Assembly: GCA_963750165.1 (NCBI GenBank)
Contig: CAVVPN010000003.1
Coordinates: 3,296,001-3,360,000 of the forward strand
Direction: 5' to 3'
Length of the DNA stretch: 64,000 nt
Source: an uncultured Gemmataceae bacterium
GTDB taxonomy: Bacteria > Planctomycetota > Planctomycetia > Gemmatales > Gemmataceae
Shown: in pieces, positions 20,201-31,884 of the stretch
How positions within the stretch are numbered: the stretch's first letter is position 1
How the letters are laid out: every line of letters starts with the position of its first letter
The notes under the pieces: generated by a model
The model's database searches: none
Told to the model about the DNA's origin: nothing
Seen by the model: the letters and a program-made list of their open reading frames with translations, nothing else
Made by a program: the position numbers and the translations under genes

Positions 20201-22678
20201 TCAAATCAAATTCGCAAACTTCCGCAGCAGCCACTCGAAGGTAATCAGGCCCGCGAACAGCAGCAGTGTCAGCCAGTTGTACAGCAGCACCTCGCGCTTG
20301 AGCGTGTACGGCGTCGTGCGCGTTTCGATCTTGTTGGGCAACTGGCCCAGCGACAACTCCTGGAAGAACTGACCGCCACTGATCTGCGCCGCCTCGCGCA
20401 GCAACTTTTCCTCCATGTTCGCCTCTTGCAATTCGTGTCGCGGCGGCAGGTTGACCTCGTAGAAGAACGAGGTCTGCTCCGGCTGCGCGACGCGAATCTC
20501 GAAGCGGCCGGGGCGGTCGTGCGGCAACTGCACCTGATAGTAGCCGCTCTTGATGACGCCGCCGTCGCGGTCCTCCTCCGGCTTGAGCTTGATGGTGCGC
20601 GGCTTCTCCGTGCCGTCGAGCGCGATCAGTTCGGCGCTGACCTCCTTGGCGACATACGGCGTGCGGTCCCTGTCGTACAGCCAGGCGTAGAGCATGCCCG
20701 GCCGGCCGAAGACGGCGCGACCGCCTTCCAGGCCCATCTGCACCTGCTGCGACTCGCGGCCCTGCAAGTGCGGTAGACCCATGTGGCTGACCACCTGCGA
20801 CCAGAAGCGGCCGAAGAATTTATCCTCCTCGTTGAAGCGCCAGCGCCACGTCTCCTCGAAGCCAAGCCACAGCACCTCGCCCTTGCCGAACTTTTGCAGC
20901 ACCGCCAGCGGCATCGGTTTCTCGCCCATCTTGATGCGGGGGTGCTCCAGCAGCACGCGCGCTTCCTTGCGCACCTTCGTGACCGGGTAGAACCAGTAAA
21001 TGCCCTCCAGGTCCTGCCAGATCTTGGTGGTCTGCGCGCCGGTGTCACCCAGTTGCAGCATCAGTTCGCTCTTGCCGGCCTTGCTCAGCTGCATCTTGAA
21101 CGCCTGCGTCCGGGTCTGATCGCCCTTGAACGACTGGGCCACGAACTCGACCGGCAGCAGTTCGGCGACCGGCGAGTCCTTGTCGGTGTAGCTGCCCGGC
21201 ATGTGCTGGGTGCCGGCGATGACGATCAGGCCGCCGCGCTGCTCCTCGACAAATTTGCGGAGCACCTCCTGGTTCTTCTTGCCCAGGTACGCCGCCGGCA
21301 CGTCGCCCAGAATAATGACGTCGTAATCGTTGAAGAGTTCCTTGGCGTTGGGGAACTTCGTGAGCATGGCCGGCGATTTGATGTCCTTGGCCTCGCCGCC
21401 GATGAGCAGGAATTTCGCCTGGATGCGGCGGTCGCGCTTCAGCGTGTTCGACAGATACTTGTACTCCCAGCGCGGCGCGTTCTCGACGTACAGCACGCGG
21501 ACCTTGTTGTCCACGACGCGCACTGGACGCTTCAGCGAATCCCTGAACTCGTCATTGCCCTTGAGGCGGATGGTCGCTTCCAGCGTCATCTTCTCGACGG
21601 TCTTCTCGTTGGGATCGGTGCGGCGCGGCAGCACAAACGTCAGTTCCTTTTCGTAATTGTCGCCGGCCTGGCCCTCCTTGTCCTTGTCCTGGTCCTTGTC
21701 GGCATCGGTGCGCAGCGGCACGTCCTCGGACTCCTTGCCGTTGGTCAAGCGGACGCGCTCGCCGTTCAGGAACAGGGCGACCTCGACGGTGCCGGCCTTG
21801 AAGCCCTGAGCGGTGAAGCGCACCGGCACGGTCACGGTGTCCTCGCGAAACAGCGTCTCGGAAACATGCACGTCCTTGAGGCGGAGGCTGGTGGACTCGG
21901 AGGAGCCGACGCCGTAGATGAGCAACGGCACTCGGCGGACACGGCACTCGCGGGCGGCGTCACGGAGAGAGTCGAAATACTGGCTGGCGTTGTCCAGGCC
22001 ATCGGTCATGAGGACAATGGCGGTCGGCAGTTCCCCCTCGGGCCGCTGCAACTGCTTGTAGATGGCGTCGGACAGGGCGGTCTCGGATTCGTGGCGGTCG
22101 AAGCCGGCGAGCAGCGCCTTGATGTGCTCGGCTTCGCTGCCCTGCTCCAGGCCGGCACGCGGCACGCTGTGGACTTCCTGACCGAACAGAAACGCCTGCA
22201 CCGGCCCCTTCTCTTGCAGCCGGGCCAGTAAATTCAGCCGTTTGCTCTTCCACGCAGCCTGAACGAGTTCGGCGCGGGAGGCTCGCAGGTTGGCGCCCTT
22301 GGGCAGCAGGGCGGCGGCGCGTTCGAGGTCCACGGTGGAGGCGCGGCGGTCGCGCTGGTCCATGCTCTTGCTGTTGTCGAGGAGCACGGCGATGCTGCGG
22401 ACTCGCTGGCCCTTGAACTCGGAGACGAGCACGGGCCGGAACAGCAGCAACACGAGCACGACGATGACGGCGACGCGGACCAGGGCCATGAACTCGCGCA
22501 GCACAAAGGGCACGCGCCGGGCCTCGCGCCAGTAGAGCACGCCGACGAGGACGGCCAGGGCGGCGATCAGCAGCACCGCCAGCGGCCAGGGGAACAGGCC
22601 GCGGAAGGCCAGTTCCGCGGACTCCAGTGTGGTGCCCGGCGGCGCGTCTTCGCCCAGCAAGTTGTTGAGCCACTCCAT
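20201..22678 (-). CDS. vWA + class I glutamine-amidotransferase-like membrane protein
   Basis: LLDNSKSM MIDAS, MTDG, PRWEYKYL, YDVIILGDV, ETWRWR, C-terminal EWLLRK. Confidence 0.85.
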   Translation of the reverse strand: MEWLNNLLGEDAPPGTTLESAELAFRGLFPWPLAVLLIAALAVLVGVLYWREARRVPFVLREFMALVRVAVIVVLVLLLFRPVLVSEFKGQRVRSIAVLLDNSKSMDQRDRRASTVDLERAAALLPKGANLRASRAELVQAAWKSKRLNLLARLQEKGPVQAFLFGQEVHSVPRAGLEQGSEAEHIKALLAGFDRHESETALSDAIYKQLQRPEGELPTAIVLMTDGLDNASQYFDSLRDAARECRVRRVPLLIYGVGSSESTSLRLKDVHVSETLFREDTVTVPVRFTAQGFKAGTVEVALFLNGERVRLTNGKESEDVPLRTDADKDQDKDKEGQAGDNYEKELTFVLPRRTDPNEKTVEKMTLEATIRLKGNDEFRDSLKRPVRVVDNKVRVLYVENAPRWEYKYLSNTLKRDRRIQAKFLLIGGEAKDIKSPAMLTKFPNAKELFNDYDVIILGDVPAAYLGKKNQEVLRKFVEEQRGGLIVIAGTQHMPGSYTDKDSPVAELLPVEFVAQSFKGDQTRTQAFKMQLSKAGKSELMLQLGDTGAQTTKIWQDLEGIYWFYPVTKVRKEARVLLEHPRIKMGEKPMPLAVLQKFGKGEVLWLGFEETWRWRFNEEDKFFGRFWSQVVSHMGLPHLQGRESQQVQMGLEGGRAVFGRPGMLYAWLYDRDRTPYVAKEVSAELIALDGTEKPRTIKLKPEEDRDGGVIKSGYYQVQLPHDRPGRFEIRVAQPEQTSFFYEVNLPPRHELQEANMEEKLLREAAQISGGQFFQELSLGQLPNKIETRTTPYTLKREVLLYNWLTLLLFAGLITFEWLLRKFANLI

Positions 22679-22691
22679 GAGGTCGTACCTT

Positions 22692-22784
22692 TCAGAGAGG
22701 TCAGAAGTCAGAGGTCAGAAATCAGCAAGCAAGTTGAGGATTTTGGCTTTCGCTGATTTCTGACCTCTGACCTCTGACTTCTGG
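22692..22784. repeat. inverted heptamer tandem repeat (GTCAGAG / CTCTGAC)
   Basis: Heptamer arrays in opposite orientation form a hairpin in the intergenic space. Confidence 0.8.
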
Positions 22785-22786
22785 AA

Positions 22787-25660
22787 TTACCACGCCCGCC
22801 CGCACAGCCACGCCAGCACCGACTCGCCCACCGTCAACAGCAACACCAGCGCCAGCAGCCACAGCGTCCACTCCTGGCTGGCCGCGTCCATGCGCACCGA
22901 ACCGCCCGCGGCGTCGCCGGCGCTGACGTGCCGCGCCCGGAAGCCCAGGGTGGCGTCCAACTCCTGATCGCTCAGCGTCTCCAGGTTGGCTGCCTCGCGC
23001 GGGTCCGCCACCACCGCGAACGGCACCCACGCCGTCCGCGCCCGCCCCCTGGCCGCGCCCGCCGCCCCGATCCGGTCCTCTTCGTTCTCGCGGTCGGCGC
23101 GGCCCAGGAGGTACAGGCCGGCGCGATCCAGCACCGGCGTGACCAGCAGCGGTTGGCCATCCTCGGTGCGCGGCCGACCCAGGCGCTCCTTCGGCCCGGC
23201 CGCACCGGTGGACAGCTTCGGCGTTTTCAGCACGAACGGCGCGTCGGCGTCGTCGGCGTCCGGCTTCCAGCGAATGGTTTCGCCCGCGGTGTAGTTGTGC
23301 TTCTGCGTCTGCCGCTCCAGCATGTGCGTCAGACAGGACTGCACGAACGGCAGCCAGCCGGGCCAGAAGGACAGTTCGTTCCAGGTCGGCTCATTGCTGG
23401 CCGGGTCGGTGCCGGGGTCCGCCGAGGTGGCGATGAAAAGCACGTCGCCGGCGCCGAGCTTGCGGCCCACGATGGCCGGGCTGCCGTTGGTGTAACGCAT
23501 CAGCACCTGGCCCACCTCCGGCGCGTGGCCCGCGGCGTCCTTGCCCTGCGGCTTCTTCGTCGGCTCCTGCACCTCCAGCGTACGCCACACCTTGACGCCA
23601 TCGAGCGTCTCGTAGAACTTCTGCTGGTTGAAGCGCAGAAAAGCCGGCGCGGTCGCCGTCTTGCGGTCAAACTTGATGGCCGGGGCGTCCACCTTGAGCA
23701 GCCGGTCGTTGGCATCAATGACCGGCCTGCCACCCAGCTTGAGGACGTTCTGGTTATACGTCAATTCCTTGCTGCCAAGGACCGGTAGCCGGCCGCCCAG
23801 CAGCAACCGGCGGCCGCTCTCGCTGTACAGCAAATCCTCGCCACCGATCCGGAGCGGTTTGCCATCGACGCGGATTTTCCGGTCGGTGCGGTCGTAGCCG
23901 ACCAGCTTGGCCTCGGCCTTGCGGCGGTCGTCGTTGAACTCCACGGTGGTCAGCAGCGGCGCCGGCAGCAGACCGAGCTTGCCGAGCACGCGGTTGTACG
24001 GCTCGGCGGCAACGTGCTCACCGCCAAAGATGATGAGGCCGTTGCCCTTCTGCACGAAATCGCTCAGATCCTTGAGGAACTCCTGCGGCAGTCCGGGCGC
24101 CTTGCGCTGCTGATCGTCCTTCAGGGCGCAGTTGGCGAGGATGCACACGTCATACGCCGACAGCAGCACGCCCTCGACCTTGCCAGGCGTGACGGTGTGA
24201 ATGCGGATCGGGAAGCGGGCCAACTCCGTCTTGTTCTCGGGATTGATCGGCACCAGGGCGTGGCCCAGCTCATAGCTGCCGGACTGGGTCTCGACCTCGT
24301 TGGGGGCCCCGTCCACGACGAGCACACGCACCTGGTCGCGCACGGCGACGACGTGGTGAAACAGGTTGTCCGCCGGCAGGTCGTCGTTGCTCAGTTCCAC
24401 CGTCAGCGTGCTCAGGCCGAGGCGCTCGAAGCGCGAACTGAGCGTGACGGTACGCGGCTCACCGGGGGCCAGGTGATCGATGATCTGCGAATCCGGGTTG
24501 GCGGCCCGCGTCCTGTCCGCCTTGCGGTTGCGGGGCGGTTGCTTGCCCTTGTCGGCACCGGGCCGGTGATCCTCGATGGCTCGCGGCTGCTGGTCGTTTT
24601 CCAGCGTGACGGTCAGGTTACGCAGCACCTCACTGCCGGTGTTGCGGACCATGACCGCGAAGCTGACGCGCTCCTTCGGCCGGGCGATGCCGGTCTGCGG
24701 CACCACCGCGACGATGGCGGCGTTTCGCGGCTTCTTGCTGCCGCAGCGCACCAGGTTGACCTGCGCCTTCTCATGCAGATCGCGCAGCGTCTTGCTCAGG
24801 GTGCCGTCCTGGTCCTGCCAGCCGAGCTTCTGCATGTCGCTGAAGACGTACAGTTCGCGGCTGCGGGTCTTTTCCTCGTCGAGCAGCGCGGCGGCGGCGA
24901 CGATGCCGGGACGCAGGTCCGTGGCCAGGTGCGTCAATTCGATGGCGCGGATCAGTTCGCGGGCCTCCTGGACGTTGCCGGCGTCGCGCGGGCCGATGAC
25001 CGTGGCCTGGTTGGAGCAGGTGATGACCTTGACGTGAGCGTAGGGCGGCAGCTGGTCGAGGACACGCAGGGCGGCCTCTTTGGCGAGGTCGAGCCGGAGC
25101 TTGTCGTTATCGGGGCGGTCCCGGTCGCCGGCGCGGTTCGGGTCGGCCTCACGGACGCCCATGCTCATGGAGTTGTCGATGACCAGGACGGCCAGCACCT
25201 CCTCGCGGCCCGAGGCGGCGGCCGTGCCGGAGAACCACCCGGCCGCGGCCAGCGGCACCCAGAGCAGGGCACACACCCCCAGCATGGCGACCTGCGTCAC
25301 CGCGAAAATCAGGGCGTTGCCGGCCTTCGACTTCGTGAGTTGCCAGAATGGAGAGAGCACCCAGGTGAGTGTGATGGCAGTCAGGACGACGACGGCGAGC
25401 AGCCAGAAGAAGCCCACGGGGACGAGGTTCAGCAGGCGGGCCAGGGCCAGGGCCAGGAAGGCCAGCACGAGGATGCGGGCCAGCAGCAGCAGGTATTCCT
25501 GAAACTTGACGCGGCGGCTGGTCTGCTCGATGCTGGTGAGCAGGAACTTCATGGCCGCCCACGGCACCCGGCGGTAGCGCGTGCGGAACAGGAAATGGAG
25601 CAGGACCGGGATCGCCGCCGCGGCTGCGCCGAACAACAGGATGGGTGCCAGGAAGGTCAT
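22787..25660 (-). CDS. BatA-domain + vWA membrane protein
   Basis: N-terminal IPVLLH...VPWAAMKFL...LLLLAR..LALAR BatA signature; IDNSMSM, FSDMQ. Confidence 0.88.
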   Translation of the reverse strand: MTFLAPILLFGAAAAAIPVLLHFLFRTRYRRVPWAAMKFLLTSIEQTSRRVKFQEYLLLLARILVLAFLALALARLLNLVPVGFFWLLAVVVLTAITLTWVLSPFWQLTKSKAGNALIFAVTQVAMLGVCALLWVPLAAAGWFSGTAAASGREEVLAVLVIDNSMSMGVREADPNRAGDRDRPDNDKLRLDLAKEAALRVLDQLPPYAHVKVITCSNQATVIGPRDAGNVQEARELIRAIELTHLATDLRPGIVAAAALLDEEKTRSRELYVFSDMQKLGWQDQDGTLSKTLRDLHEKAQVNLVRCGSKKPRNAAIVAVVPQTGIARPKERVSFAVMVRNTGSEVLRNLTVTLENDQQPRAIEDHRPGADKGKQPPRNRKADRTRAANPDSQIIDHLAPGEPRTVTLSSRFERLGLSTLTVELSNDDLPADNLFHHVVAVRDQVRVLVVDGAPNEVETQSGSYELGHALVPINPENKTELARFPIRIHTVTPGKVEGVLLSAYDVCILANCALKDDQQRKAPGLPQEFLKDLSDFVQKGNGLIIFGGEHVAAEPYNRVLGKLGLLPAPLLTTVEFNDDRRKAEAKLVGYDRTDRKIRVDGKPLRIGGEDLLYSESGRRLLLGGRLPVLGSKELTYNQNVLKLGGRPVIDANDRLLKVDAPAIKFDRKTATAPAFLRFNQQKFYETLDGVKVWRTLEVQEPTKKPQGKDAAGHAPEVGQVLMRYTNGSPAIVGRKLGAGDVLFIATSADPGTDPASNEPTWNELSFWPGWLPFVQSCLTHMLERQTQKHNYTAGETIRWKPDADDADAPFVLKTPKLSTGAAGPKERLGRPRTEDGQPLLVTPVLDRAGLYLLGRADRENEEDRIGAAGAARGRARTAWVPFAVVADPREAANLETLSDQELDATLGFRARHVSAGDAAGGSVRMDAASQEWTLWLLALVLLLTVGESVLAWLCGRAW

Positions 25661-25665
25661 GTTAG

Positions 25666-25768
25666 GTCATTAGTCATTAGTCATTAGTCATCAGTCATTA
25701 GTCCCTAGCCACCGTCATCGGTCATCAGGAATTGAAACTAATGACTAATGACTGATGACTAATGACTA
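25666..25768. repeat. inverted heptamer tandem repeat (GTCATTA / TAATGAC)
   Basis: About 5 units each side; further units at about 35864-35879 and 36036-36067. Confidence 0.8.
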
Positions 25769-26662
25769 AACCACCCGCACGCGCTGCCGCCGCGCCAGGT
25801 ACTCCGTCAGCGTCACCGCCAGCGGCCGCGACGTGTTCAGCAACACGTAATCGCAGCGGTTGTTCTCGCAGCCGGTCTGCAACTCCTTCAGATACTTCTG
25901 CACCGCTCGCAGATACGCCGGCCGGATCAACTGTGGCCGCGTCAGCAGGTGCAGTTGCTCCTCCATGCCGTCGAACTTGATCGTGCCGTCGAACGGGAAC
26001 TGTAGCTCGTCGGGGTGCATGACGTGGAAGACCGTCACCTCATGGCCCTGGAAGCGCAGGTGCTGCAAGCCCGACATCAGCGCGTCCACATCGTCGAAGC
26101 AATCGGAGATGACGAACACCAGACCGCGGCGCGTGATGCGCTGGGCGATGTCGTGCAGCAGCGGCCCCATGCTCGTCTTGTCGCGCGGCTCCAGCTGCTC
26201 CAGTGCGTGCAGGATCGTCAGCACGTGGCCCGTCTGGCTGCTCGGCGGAAAAATCTCGCGCCAGGTTTCGTCAAAGATATTGAGGCCAACGCTGTCGCGC
26301 TGCTGCACGATCAGGTACGACAGCACTGCCGTCAGCACCTTGGCGTATTCGAGCTTGCGCTGCTGGCCGCCGCCGTAGAGCATCGACTTGCTGGCGTCCA
26401 GCAGCAGATGGCAGGTGAAGTTCGTCTCCTGCTCGTACTGCTTGATGGTGTAGCGCTCGGAGCGACCGTAGCTCTTCCAGTCGATGTGCTTGATGTCGTC
26501 GCCAGGGACGTACTCGCGGTGCTGGACGAACTCGACCGAGAAGCCGCGGAAGGGGCTCTTGTGGTCGCCGACGCGCAAACCCTCGACGATGGTGCGCGCC
26601 GCCAGACCGAGCGCCTGGGCGCGCGCCACCACGTCGGGATGGAGGTATTTGGTGCTTGCCAC
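25766..26662 (-). CDS. DUF58 family protein
   Basis: GFSVEFVQHREYVPGDDIKHIDWK, LLDASKSM. Confidence 0.93.
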   Translation of the reverse strand: MASTKYLHPDVVARAQALGLAARTIVEGLRVGDHKSPFRGFSVEFVQHREYVPGDDIKHIDWKSYGRSERYTIKQYEQETNFTCHLLLDASKSMLYGGGQQRKLEYAKVLTAVLSYLIVQQRDSVGLNIFDETWREIFPPSSQTGHVLTILHALEQLEPRDKTSMGPLLHDIAQRITRRGLVFVISDCFDDVDALMSGLQHLRFQGHEVTVFHVMHPDELQFPFDGTIKFDGMEEQLHLLTRPQLIRPAYLRAVQKYLKELQTGCENNRCDYVLLNTSRPLAVTLTEYLARRQRVRVV

Positions 26663-26664
26663 GG

Positions 26665-27777
<1,113 letters not shown>

Positions 27778-27992
27778 CGTGGGGTCTCGCGGAAGGTTGG
27801 GTCGGCAAACGCAAACGCGCTGGGGCGCGCATCCAGGGAACCTGACCGGCTGGTAAACGTTTCACCAGCAACCGGGGCTGGCTGGTGAGGGATTGTGCAA
27901 GAAGAAGACTGTCAGGTCGCCTTCTTCCAACAGGGGAGGCGAATTCCATCGTAAGCCGCAATTGCGGCGCGTCAACTGATTTCTCCATTATT

Positions 27993-28320
27993 CTACGAAC
28001 CGAGGGGATTTGTCCAGGTGCCGGGCTGCGCTCCCCAGCAACCAGCGCTGGCCCGCGCGCAGCGCCTCCTGCAACTCAGGGATCTGTTCGCGCAGTCGGC
28101 CGCGCGCCAGGTCGGCCAGCGCCGCCAGAGCGCCTGCTCCCGTTGCCAACGCAGGAGTGTGCGCTCGGGCAGGCTCACGACCTGGTGGACATCGGCGACC
28201 ACGGCTGGGGGGACGGCGTACTGCGCGGCCACCGCCTGCAGTTCCTCCTCGAGTTGCTCAGCGAAAGCCAGCAAAACGTCGCGGTGGTTCTCCAGGCGGG
28301 CCTGGCGGGCCGCTCTCTGG
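27993..28320 (-). pseudogene. possible transposase remnant
   Basis: No proper start; RLENHRDVLLAFAEQLEEEL...RWQREQALWRR recalls a segment of large cyanobacterial/planctomycete transposases (from memory, unverified). Confidence 0.35.
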
Positions 28321-28343
28321 ACCGGGCACGAGAGAGCCGTGTG

Positions 28344-29930
28344 TCAGTGGCGGAAGTGCCGCACGCCGGTGAAGACCATCGCCAGGCCGTGTTCGTCGCA
28401 CGCCGCGATGGAGTCGGCGTCGCGCTTCGAGCCACCCGGCTGCACGATCGCCGCCACGCCCGCCCGGGCCGCCTCGTCCACGTTATCGCGGAACGGGAAG
28501 AAGGCGTCTGACGCCAGGACACTGCCCCGTACACGCTCCGCCGCCTTGCGCACTGCGATCTGCACCGAGTCCACCCGGCTCATTTGCCCCGCGCCGACGC
28601 CGATGATCTGCTGCCCCTTCGCCAGCACGATCGCGTTGCTCTTGACGTGCTGAGCCACGCGCCACGCGAATTTCAGGTCCGCCCACTCCGCCGCGGTCGG
28701 CTGCCGCTTCGTCACCACCTGGGCGTTGGCGAAGTCGTCGCCGCTCTCGTCCGCCGTCTGCACCAGCATGCCGCCATTGATGGGCCGATAGTCGTACCGC
28801 GCCGCATCGGTCGCGGAAGCGGTCAACGGTCCCGTCGCCAGCAGCCGAACGCTCTTCTTCCAGCTCGGCTTGGTTGTCAGCAGCTGCAGCGCCGCGTCGG
28901 CGAAGCCGGGAGCAATGATGCACTCCAGAAAGCGGCCGTCCTCACACAGCAGCTCGGCGGTCGGCTGATCGATTTCGCGGTTGCAGCCGAGGATGCCGCC
29001 GAAGGCGCTCACCGGGTCACCGGCGTAGGCGGCGGCGAAGGCGGCGGCGAGCGTGTCCGCGACGGCGGCGCCGCAGGGGTTGTTGTGTTTTATCATCACG
29101 CACGCCGGCTCATCAAAACGCCGCACCAGCGCCAGGGCGGCGTCCAGGTCGAGGAGGTTGTTGAAGGACAGTTCCTTGCCGTGCAGCACGCGGGCGCTGA
29201 CGACGGTGGCACTGCGGCCGGTGGGGTCGGCGTACAGCGCGGCGTGCTGGTGCGGGTTCTCGCCGTAGCGCAGCACCTGCCGCCGCTCCAGCGTCAGCGT
29301 CAGCCGCGGCGGCCATGCGGCCGGTTCGGTGGGGGGGATTGTCGCGAAGTAGTCCGCGATGGCCTGGTCATAGGCGGCGGTGCGGGCGAAGGCGGCGCCG
29401 GCCAGCCGCTGCCGCGTCGCCAGCGTCAGCGCCCCGTTGTGCTGCTGCAACTCCGCGACCACCTCGGTGTACTGCCCCGGGTCGCTGACGACAGCGACCG
29501 CCTCGTAATTCTTGGCGGCGGCGCGGAGCATGCTCGGACCGCCCACGTCAATGTTCTCGATGATGTCGTGGTGCGTGGCGCCGGGCCTGCCCCGCGTCTG
29601 CTCGAACGGATAGAGGTTGCAGACCACCAGGTCGATGAGCGCGATGCCGTGCTGTTGCAGCGTCGCCAGGTGCTGCGGGTTGTCGCGCCGGGCGAGGATG
29701 CCGCCGTGGATGCGCGGGTGCAGCGTCTTGACACGGCCGTCGAGCATCTCGGGAAACTGCGTAACCTCGGCCACCTCCGTGACGGGGACGCCGGCCGAAC
29801 GCAGCGCTTGATAGGTGCCGCCGGTGGAGATGAGTTCGATGTTGAGGCGACGCAACGCCTGCGCGAACTCGACCAGGCCGGTCTTGTCGCTGACGCTGAG
29901 CAGGGCACGCTGGATGGGTCGCTGGTTCAT
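28344..29930 (-). CDS. purH: bifunctional AICAR transformylase / IMP cyclohydrolase
   Basis: RALLSVSDKTG, GRVKTLHP, LRYGENPHQ, SDAFFPF, TGVRHFRH. Confidence 0.98.
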   Translation of the reverse strand: MNQRPIQRALLSVSDKTGLVEFAQALRRLNIELISTGGTYQALRSAGVPVTEVAEVTQFPEMLDGRVKTLHPRIHGGILARRDNPQHLATLQQHGIALIDLVVCNLYPFEQTRGRPGATHHDIIENIDVGGPSMLRAAAKNYEAVAVVSDPGQYTEVVAELQQHNGALTLATRQRLAGAAFARTAAYDQAIADYFATIPPTEPAAWPPRLTLTLERRQVLRYGENPHQHAALYADPTGRSATVVSARVLHGKELSFNNLLDLDAALALVRRFDEPACVMIKHNNPCGAAVADTLAAAFAAAYAGDPVSAFGGILGCNREIDQPTAELLCEDGRFLECIIAPGFADAALQLLTTKPSWKKSVRLLATGPLTASATDAARYDYRPINGGMLVQTADESGDDFANAQVVTKRQPTAAEWADLKFAWRVAQHVKSNAIVLAKGQQIIGVGAGQMSRVDSVQIAVRKAAERVRGSVLASDAFFPFRDNVDEAARAGVAAIVQPGGSKRDADSIAACDEHGLAMVFTGVRHFRH

Positions 29931-30093
29931 GGGTAACCCGGCGGTTGCGGTGGGAGTGCGGGCGATCCCTGGGGTGATTGTCGGCAAGGGGCGGCGCCCG
30001 GCAAGCCTTTGTGCAGGCGGGCCGTCCGCACTACGGAAAAAGTGCATAGAATGAGCGGAGCCCACCGCCGTCCGCCCGGGAGGCCCGCCGCTG

Positions 30094-31092
<999 letters not shown>

Positions 31093-31144
31093 TGGCCGGA
31101 TAAGGAAGACGCTTCGTAGCCACAATCGAGCCGACCGCGATTGG

Positions 31145-31220
31145 GTGTGCCACTGCTTGGCCGCCCTTCTGGAACTGGATGGGGATACCAGAGACGAGGG
31201 GCGGCCAAGCAGTGGCACAC
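31145..31220. repeat. REP doublet (GTGTGCCACTGCTTGGCCGCCC)
   Basis: 22-bp perfect inverted arms. Confidence 0.8.
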
Positions 31221-31312
31221 GGATCGGCAATCCGACTCGACGCCGGCCGCCGCACATGGTACGCTGCCCGCAGCCCTGGAACAGTGAGCCGCCCAGGCAG
31301 CACGAGGCACCG

Positions 31313-31732
31313 ATGAGCGTGTTCCCCGGTCCCGCCCTCGCATCCCCGGACAGTCCGGAGCCCCGGCACCGCAGGGCGCCGCGGCGCTGGCGCGACAAGT
31401 TCCGCGAGGCGCTGCGCGGCATCAAGTTCGGCGTCCGCGGCCAGTCCAGCTTTTTCGTTCATTTCTTCTTCGCCGCCCTGGTGATCGCCGCGGCCCTGGT
31501 GCTGCGCTGCCCGCTCATCGAGAGTTGCATCCTCCTGGGCTGCATTGCGATGGTGCTGGTGGCGGAGCTGTTCAACACCGCCGTCGAGACGCTGTTCCGT
31601 GGCCTGGATGAGGAGGCCCGCGAGCGCGTCTGGCCGTGCCTGGACATCGCCGCCGGCGCCGTGCTGCTGGCCAGCGCCTTCGCCGCCATCATCGGCGGTC
31701 TTGTCTTCCTCCGCCTGCTCAGCCTCTTGTAA
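31313..31732 (+). CDS. dgkA: diacylglycerol kinase family (DgkA)
   Basis: AELFNTAVE and DIAAGAVL motifs, three TM segments. Confidence 0.88.
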   Translation: MSVFPGPALASPDSPEPRHRRAPRRWRDKFREALRGIKFGVRGQSSFFVHFFFAALVIAAALVLRCPLIESCILLGCIAMVLVAELFNTAVETLFRGLDEEARERVWPCLDIAAGAVLLASAFAAIIGGLVFLRLLSLL

Positions 31733-31738
31733 ATAGAG

Positions 31739-31863
31739 GGAACCACGAATAACACGGATAACACGGATTAATACAACAGCGGGAAGGCGAGGACGGCCAA
31801 CCGGCATTCCGGCACCCGTCGTTTTCCTTCTTTATCTGTGTTATCCGTGTCATCCGTGGTTCC
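31739..31863. repeat. 9-bp-periodic palindrome (CACGGATAA units)
   Basis: GGAACCACGAATAACACGGATAACACGGAT ... ATCTGTGTTATCCGTGTCATCCGTGGTTCC. Confidence 0.75.
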
Positions 31864-31884
31864 TGCTTGAGAGGAGATGTACCG

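Noticed and set aside
27780..27990. c-di-GMP riboswitch-like GGCAAAC...GCAAA upstream of moxR
   Set aside because: Wrong strand for the gene and lacks the GAAA-capped P2 stem.
29931..30093. ZMP/ZTP riboswitch upstream of purH
   Set aside because: Could not find the conserved core (GACUGGCG...GCCUGGG) on the minus strand.
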